Shown here one piece after another: positions 59,270 to 64,000 of a DNA stretch of 64,000 nucleotides; within the stretch, counting starts at the first letter, position 1, and every line of letters starts with the position of its first letter. Origin of the DNA: an uncultured Candidatus Saccharibacteria bacterium (GTDB lineage: Bacteria > Patescibacteriota > UBA1384 > JACPKC01); contig CAYRGD010000003.1 of NCBI GenBank assembly GCA_964423885.1, positions 73,270-137,269 of the forward strand, read 5' to 3'. A program made the translations under genes and the position numbers. The notes beneath the pieces were generated by a model that worked only from the letters and a program-made list of their open reading frames with translations, had not been told where the DNA came from and made no database searches.

Positions 59270-59763
59270 TCGAACAAGAGAAGGCAACATCTTCGCCCCG
59301 CGTGAAGGTGTTTCTCTTTTTTCACCTTAATACTTAAGAAGGAGGTATGTCAGATTGAATTCGTCATGACCCGATACGGTCCGAACAGTACTTAGAGAAA
59401 GGATTCGTATCACTTGAGAAGAAGTAGACAAAAGACCCAACGCGGCACGAAGAACGCCGCGCGAAAACTGCCCCAGCAACCGAAGCGCCGTCTCCTCGAG
59501 AGGCAACGACAGGAACGCTCTCGGGAGTCCGTGCGTAGTGCCGGCAGAGGTTAAGCAAAGCAAAGAAGAAGCTTCGGAGCAGCAAGGCGGCGTAACCGCC
59601 GCCGCTTCGCCCCGCGAGAAACGGCCGAAAGGCCATCTCGACCAGCCGTTCGTTCGGTTGGTCTTGCAAGCGGCCGCGAACAACTAACACACGCCAGCCT
59701 GGCTGGCACGACCGGACCCGATTCCCTCGGCTTGCGTAGCGCAACCGGGAACCGGGTCTTTTT
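59270..59763 (+). ncRNA. Candidate structured non-coding RNA or long attenuator leader (unassigned)
   Basis: No intact plus-strand ORF; dense hairpins with GAAA, GUAA and UUCG-type loops and A-rich linkers; upstream promoter and downstream terminator. Confidence 0.5.
59715..59763 (+). terminator. Intrinsic terminator-like hairpin
   Basis: GACCCGATTCCC...GGGAACCGGGTC followed by TTTTT. Confidence 0.7.
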
Positions 59764-59813
59764 CCTGTCCAACTCCGGACGTATACTGGAACCAACCAAG
59801 GAGGTACCGCTTC

Positions 59814-62423
59814 ATGACGCACCGACGACTACTTGCGCTGGTTTTGCTCGTATCCCTCCAAGCACTAGGTCTCCAGATCACAGCCCCGAGCCGTGACGAC
59901 ACTGCTACGGCCGCCGCCCAATCCGCCTTCGCCACCCTCCCGCTCGCCTTCGAACCCAATATGGGGCAGGCGGATAGCTCGGTGGATTTCCTCGTCCACC
60001 ACGGCCAGGCGGTAACGGCATTTTCCAGCGCGGGTACGATCACAAGCGTCGGAGACAAACAGATCACGATGTCATTGGATGGCGCAGCCGCCCAAGTTTT
60101 TTCGGGCAGCGATGAGCTCTCATCCAAAACCAACTACTTCGTTGGCAATGACCAGTCCCAGTGGCACTCAGATATCCCGAACTTCGGGAAGTTACTGGCG
60201 AAAAATGTGTATCCCGGCATCGATCTCGCCTACTATGGCACGAACTCGCAGCTGGAACATGATTTCATCGTTGCTCCGGGCGTCGATTACCGGCAAATCG
60301 CGTTCGGTTTCACCGGGCAGGACAACCTGGCCTTAGACGATGACGGCAACCTCGTCTTGAAAGCCGGCGACGACACCCTGACCCTGAATGCCCCGGTGAC
60401 GTACCAGACCGACACCAACTCGAAACACACCATCCCGAGCAACTTCGAGTTGCACGACGGCACCGTCACGATTGCCGTGGCGGACACGTACGATCCGGCG
60501 AAACCGCTCGTGATCGATCCGGTACTGTCGCTCGTGTACTCGACGTACTTGGGCGGGAGCGGGTATGAGACAGGCAGTGTCATCGAGCTTGACGGCAACA
60601 ATATTGCAGTCGACCCATCCGGTAATACCTATATCGTCGGGGAAACCTCGTCCTCTAATTTTCCGACCGCCTCGCCGTACCAGGCCGCCCTTGGCGGGGG
60701 AGACAACGACTTCTACGTTGCGAAATTCAATCCTTCTGGTAGTGCGCTGGTCTACTCGACGTACATCGGTGGATCGGGTGCAGAGAACACGCCGTCCATT
60801 GCCGTGGATATTTCGGGTGACGTCTATATGACTGGCGGGACGAGATCGACAAACTTCCCGGTCGTGGGCGCGTTTCAGGCGAGCCATGCGGGCGGTACGG
60901 ACGATGCGATTCTCCTGAAGTTGAATGCTGCTGGTTCCGCACTAACATACTCGACCTACTTCGGGGGGACCGGCCAGGACAATGGTCCCGGAGGCGGGAC
61001 GTCGGTTGCCGTCGACTCCTCGGGCAATGCGTATATCACCGGCTCAACGAGCTCGTCCAATCTTCCAACGCTGTCACCAATCCAGGGAAGTTATAGTGGC
61101 GGTGTGAACGATGCATTTATTGTGAAGTTCAATGCTACGGGCTCGGCGCTTATCTATTCCACCTACCTTGGCGGCAACAGCAGTGATATCGGCGCTGAAA
61201 TCGCAGTTGACGCATCAGGGAGTGCCTACGTGGTGGGGCTTACCTCGTCGAGCACATTTCCCACCACGGCACCGTTCCAAGCGAGCAGTGGCGGCGGATT
61301 CGACGCGTTCGTCACGAAGCTGAATCCGGCCGGATCGGCGCGCGTGTATTCAACCTATCTCGGTGGCAGCGGCGACGATCGAGGGTTTGGCATCGCCATC
61401 GATTCGAGCGGGAACGCATATATTGTCGGAAAGACGTCCTCGTCGAACTTCCCCACCGTCTCGCCAATCCAGGCGACATACGGCGGCTCAGGCGACGCGT
61501 TCGTCACGAAGCTCAATGCCGTTGGTTCAGCGCTGACATATTCAACCTTCGTCGGCGGCTCAGGCGATGACGAAGGGTACGAGATCGGACTTGATAGTGG
61601 CAATAACGCATATATTACCGGTTACACGGATTCGTCCAACTTTCCGATGAGTTCGGCATATCAAGCGAGTAATGCCGGTGGAGCGGATGCGTTCGTGACA
61701 AAGATGAACGCAGCGGGCTCGGCGTACGGATACTCCACCTATCTCGGTGGCAGCGGTACGGATTTTGGTAATAGCCTGGCTGTACGCTTGGACGGTGATG
61801 TCTACGTGACCGGCAGTACGGCCTCGACGAACTTCCCGACAAAGTCGCCCTTCCAGGCCAGCAATGCCGGTGGGACGAATGACGCGTTCGTCTTCCAGCT
61901 CACCGAGCATGCCGTCGACCTTGCCGCCCGTGTCGACCCGACCCTCACCTTCGCGGTGGGCAGCACGAGTTGCGCCCTTGGCACGCTCTCGACTACCCAG
62001 ACGCAACAGTGCACGTACACGCTGTCGGCTGCGACCAACGGCGAGTCGGGCTATACGATTACGTACCTGCCTGCCGCGACATTGACCAGCGGCTGGAATA
62101 CGATTGACGCCCTAGGCTCGATGACGGCCAGTACGCTTAATACGGAACAGTTCGGTATCAATCTTGCAGCCAATACCGCAGCGGGCTCGCATACGGCCAC
62201 GGATTTCGGCGCGGCACCCTCGGGCGGATCCGGCCTTGTAGTAGGCAGCTACGTCACGGCTGATGTGTTTAGATTCCTCACTGCCGGCAGTGCCCTCGCA
62301 GCCTCGTTCGGCCCGTCGCTTACCACGGTCTATACTGTCTCGACCATCGCGAATATCGGGAACACGACCGAGGCCGGGGCGTACGGTACGACGATTACCT
62401 TCAACATAGTTGCGGGATACTAG
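59814..62423 (+). CDS. SBBP beta-propeller repeat surface protein (paralog 2)
   Basis: Same architecture as 53954-56560; SD AAGGAGG and an upstream TATACT. Confidence 0.88.
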   Translation: MTHRRLLALVLLVSLQALGLQITAPSRDDTATAAAQSAFATLPLAFEPNMGQADSSVDFLVHHGQAVTAFSSAGTITSVGDKQITMSLDGAAAQVFSGSDELSSKTNYFVGNDQSQWHSDIPNFGKLLAKNVYPGIDLAYYGTNSQLEHDFIVAPGVDYRQIAFGFTGQDNLALDDDGNLVLKAGDDTLTLNAPVTYQTDTNSKHTIPSNFELHDGTVTIAVADTYDPAKPLVIDPVLSLVYSTYLGGSGYETGSVIELDGNNIAVDPSGNTYIVGETSSSNFPTASPYQAALGGGDNDFYVAKFNPSGSALVYSTYIGGSGAENTPSIAVDISGDVYMTGGTRSTNFPVVGAFQASHAGGTDDAILLKLNAAGSALTYSTYFGGTGQDNGPGGGTSVAVDSSGNAYITGSTSSSNLPTLSPIQGSYSGGVNDAFIVKFNATGSALIYSTYLGGNSSDIGAEIAVDASGSAYVVGLTSSSTFPTTAPFQASSGGGFDAFVTKLNPAGSARVYSTYLGGSGDDRGFGIAIDSSGNAYIVGKTSSSNFPTVSPIQATYGGSGDAFVTKLNAVGSALTYSTFVGGSGDDEGYEIGLDSGNNAYITGYTDSSNFPMSSAYQASNAGGADAFVTKMNAAGSAYGYSTYLGGSGTDFGNSLAVRLDGDVYVTGSTASTNFPTKSPFQASNAGGTNDAFVFQLTEHAVDLAARVDPTLTFAVGSTSCALGTLSTTQTQQCTYTLSAATNGESGYTITYLPAATLTSGWNTIDALGSMTASTLNTEQFGINLAANTAAGSHTATDFGAAPSGGSGLVVGSYVTADVFRFLTAGSALAASFGPSLTTVYTVSTIANIGNTTEAGAYGTTITFNIVAGY

Positions 62424-62462
62424 GTTGCCCGGCGGCCTGTTCTTGGGTAGGATTCGACAGTT

Positions 62463-63200
62463 ATGACACACGACGCTCCCGCACTCGAGATCGACAAGCT
62501 CGTCAAACGCTACGGCAATGCTACGGCCGTGAACGGTATATCGCTCACGATCAAGCAAGGCGAGTTCTTCGGGTTTTTGGGCCCCAACGGCGCGGGCAAG
62601 TCGTCGACGATCCACTGCATCACCGGTATCGCGACGATTACCAAAGGCCATATCCGGGTCTTCGGCCACGACGTCGAACGCGACTACCGGGCCGCCCGGG
62701 CGTTGGTCGGCCTGTCGCCGCAAGAGGCGAACATCGACATCTTCGCCGAAACCTGGAAGATCCTCGACTACGTTGGCGGCTACTACGGCTTGCCGGGCCC
62801 GGTGCGTAAACAGCGGATCGACGAGCTGCTGGAGCGGTTCGAGCTGACGGAACACCGGCGCAAGGAATTCCGGGCGTTGTCGGGCGGCCTCAAGCGCCGG
62901 GTGATGCTTGCGCGGGCGATGGTGCACAATCCGCCGCTCCTTATTCTCGACGAGCCGACCGCTGGCGTGGACGTGGAGCTGCGCCACGAGCTCTGGCAGT
63001 ACCTGCGCGAGCTCAACAAGGAAGGCAAGACGATCATTTTGACCTCGCACTATCTGGAAGAAGTCGAGCTGCTCTGCCAGCGGGTCGCGATCGTCAACAA
63101 GGGAACAATCGTGGCCGACGACAGGATCGAGGCGTTCACGAAAGGCGGTAAGAAGCTCGAGGAAACCTACCTCGCACTGACGAAGGGGCTCCATGCGTAA
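62463..63200 (+). CDS. ABC-2 type transporter ATP-binding protein (YadG-like)
   Basis: GPNGAGKS, LSGG, ILDEPT and TSH motifs. Confidence 0.93.
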   Translation: MTHDAPALEIDKLVKRYGNATAVNGISLTIKQGEFFGFLGPNGAGKSSTIHCITGIATITKGHIRVFGHDVERDYRAARALVGLSPQEANIDIFAETWKILDYVGGYYGLPGPVRKQRIDELLERFELTEHRRKEFRALSGGLKRRVMLARAMVHNPPLLILDEPTAGVDVELRHELWQYLRELNKEGKTIILTSHYLEEVELLCQRVAIVNKGTIVADDRIEAFTKGGKKLEETYLALTKGLHA

Positions 63201-63963
63201 GACGAACTGGATCGGGCTCGGGATGATGGTCCGGCGCGAGGTCGAGCGGATGCTCGGTGCCGCGGTGCAGACCTTGGTGACGCCGTGGATCAGCGCCCTG
63301 CTCTACATCTTTATTTTCGGGCGCGTCGTGGGCGGGCAGATCTCGAGCTTCGGCGAGTGGAGTTATATCGACTTCGTCCTGCCGGGCGTGCTCATGATGA
63401 GCCTCATCAACGCCGCGTTCGCCCACTCGAGCTTTTCGGTGTACTTCGGCCGGTTCACGAAGAACATCGAAGAAGTGTTAGTGGCGCCGCTGTCGTACGG
63501 CGAGATCATCGCGAGTTACGTGATCGGCGGAGTGATCCGTGGCCTGGTCGTGGGCGCGGGCATCTACCTGATCGCCGTGCTCTTCAGCGCCGCGACCGTG
63601 AACCATCTGGGTTTGTTCCTGTTCTACTCGATCGCGGTGTCGGCGATCTTCTCGCTCGTCGGCATGGTCGTGGGCCTGTGGGCCAAGAGCTTCGAGCAAC
63701 TGTCGGTCTTGAGCGTCTTCGTGTTTACGCCGCTCACGTTTTTGGGCGGGGTCTTCAACTCGATCAGCATGTTCCCGCAGGGCATCCAGACGGTCGTCCG
63801 CCTGAACCCGTTCTTCTACTTTATCGGCGGCATCCGCTACTCGATGATCGGGTTCCAGGAATCGAGCCAGGTGCTCGGTTTGGGGCTTATCCTTGTCCTG
63901 CTTGTCGGCTCGGCACTGCTGGTTAATTTGCTCTTCCGGCGCGGGTACGGGATCCGCGTCTAA
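63193..63963 (+). CDS. ABC-2 type transporter permease (YadH-like)
   Basis: RREVER, YIDF..PG, PLTFLGGVF and LNPFFY.I...RY motifs; six TM helices. Confidence 0.9.
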   Translation: MRKTNWIGLGMMVRREVERMLGAAVQTLVTPWISALLYIFIFGRVVGGQISSFGEWSYIDFVLPGVLMMSLINAAFAHSSFSVYFGRFTKNIEEVLVAPLSYGEIIASYVIGGVIRGLVVGAGIYLIAVLFSAATVNHLGLFLFYSIAVSAIFSLVGMVVGLWAKSFEQLSVLSVFVFTPLTFLGGVFNSISMFPQGIQTVVRLNPFFYFIGGIRYSMIGFQESSQVLGLGLILVLLVGSALLVNLLFRRGYGIRV

Positions 63964-64000
63964 CCATGATGAGGGTAGCTGCGGCCATCTGCCTGCTGGG

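Noticed and set aside
59465-59485. ACTGCCCCAGCAACCG resembles cobalamin or SAM-I riboswitch segments
   Set aside because: The flanking conserved elements are absent (GGGAA..GGTG.AA.TCC and the B12 box; ATC.AGAG..GAGGGA), and the downstream gene is unrelated.
59270-59763. tmRNA, RNase P RNA, SRP RNA or self-splicing intron identity
   Set aside because: No tRNA-like ends or ALAA-type tag, no GAGGAAAGTC P4 strand, no SRP helix-8 motif, and no group I P7 or group II domain V motif seen on either strand.
59791-59812. AACCAAGGAGGTACCGC resembles the T-box antiterminator motif (GGTGGTACCGC)
   Set aside because: It has AGG instead of the essential UGG and lies downstream of the terminator. It is explained as the SD of the SBBP gene; similar GAGGTACC SDs occur at about 25193 and 30437.
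53954-62423. Diversity-generating retroelement or CRISPR array suggested by repeated sequence
   Set aside because: The repeats are in-frame protein repeats or paralogy with mainly synonymous differences. There is no adenine-specific TR/VR pair, reverse transcriptase, spacer array or cas gene.

Overview
GC-rich 64-kb chromosomal window, most likely from a Patescibacteria/CPR bacterium. This is inferred from a CPR-type VirB2-like pilin beside a solute-binding lipoprotein, a compact RpoD, stand-alone SWIB and RRM proteins, and SBBP-repeat surface proteins. Standard genetic code; TGA is used as a stop. Contents in order: pilin, SBP, galU, hsp20 and comF; a roughly 20-kb surface-polysaccharide locus (epimerase, nucleotide-sugar dehydrogenases, AsnB, GT2/GT4s, methyltransferases, flippase) with folD-glyA; two tRNA-Ser genes, mscL and an msrA/msrB cluster; dnaG-rpoD-lgt; tRNA-Asn followed by an AT-rich two-gene islet (GmrSD-type DUF262/DUF1524 nuclease plus OGFr-domain protein); a divergent glycan locus with an Egghead/BRE-3-like GT2, a sortase-fold protein lacking its catalytic residues, a processive GT2 and a GH26-like protein; and a surface-protein region. 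The strongest leads are in that last region. A 1,568-aa secreted adhesin-like protein carries a C-terminal RRM RNA-binding domain after a transmembrane helix. A stand-alone RRM gene lies nearby. A promoter- and terminator-bounded, highly structured intergenic stretch of about 490 nt (59270-59763) looks like an ncRNA or attenuator I do not recognise, directly upstream of an SBBP paralog. All assignments come from motif recognition by eye; no searches or folding programs were run.
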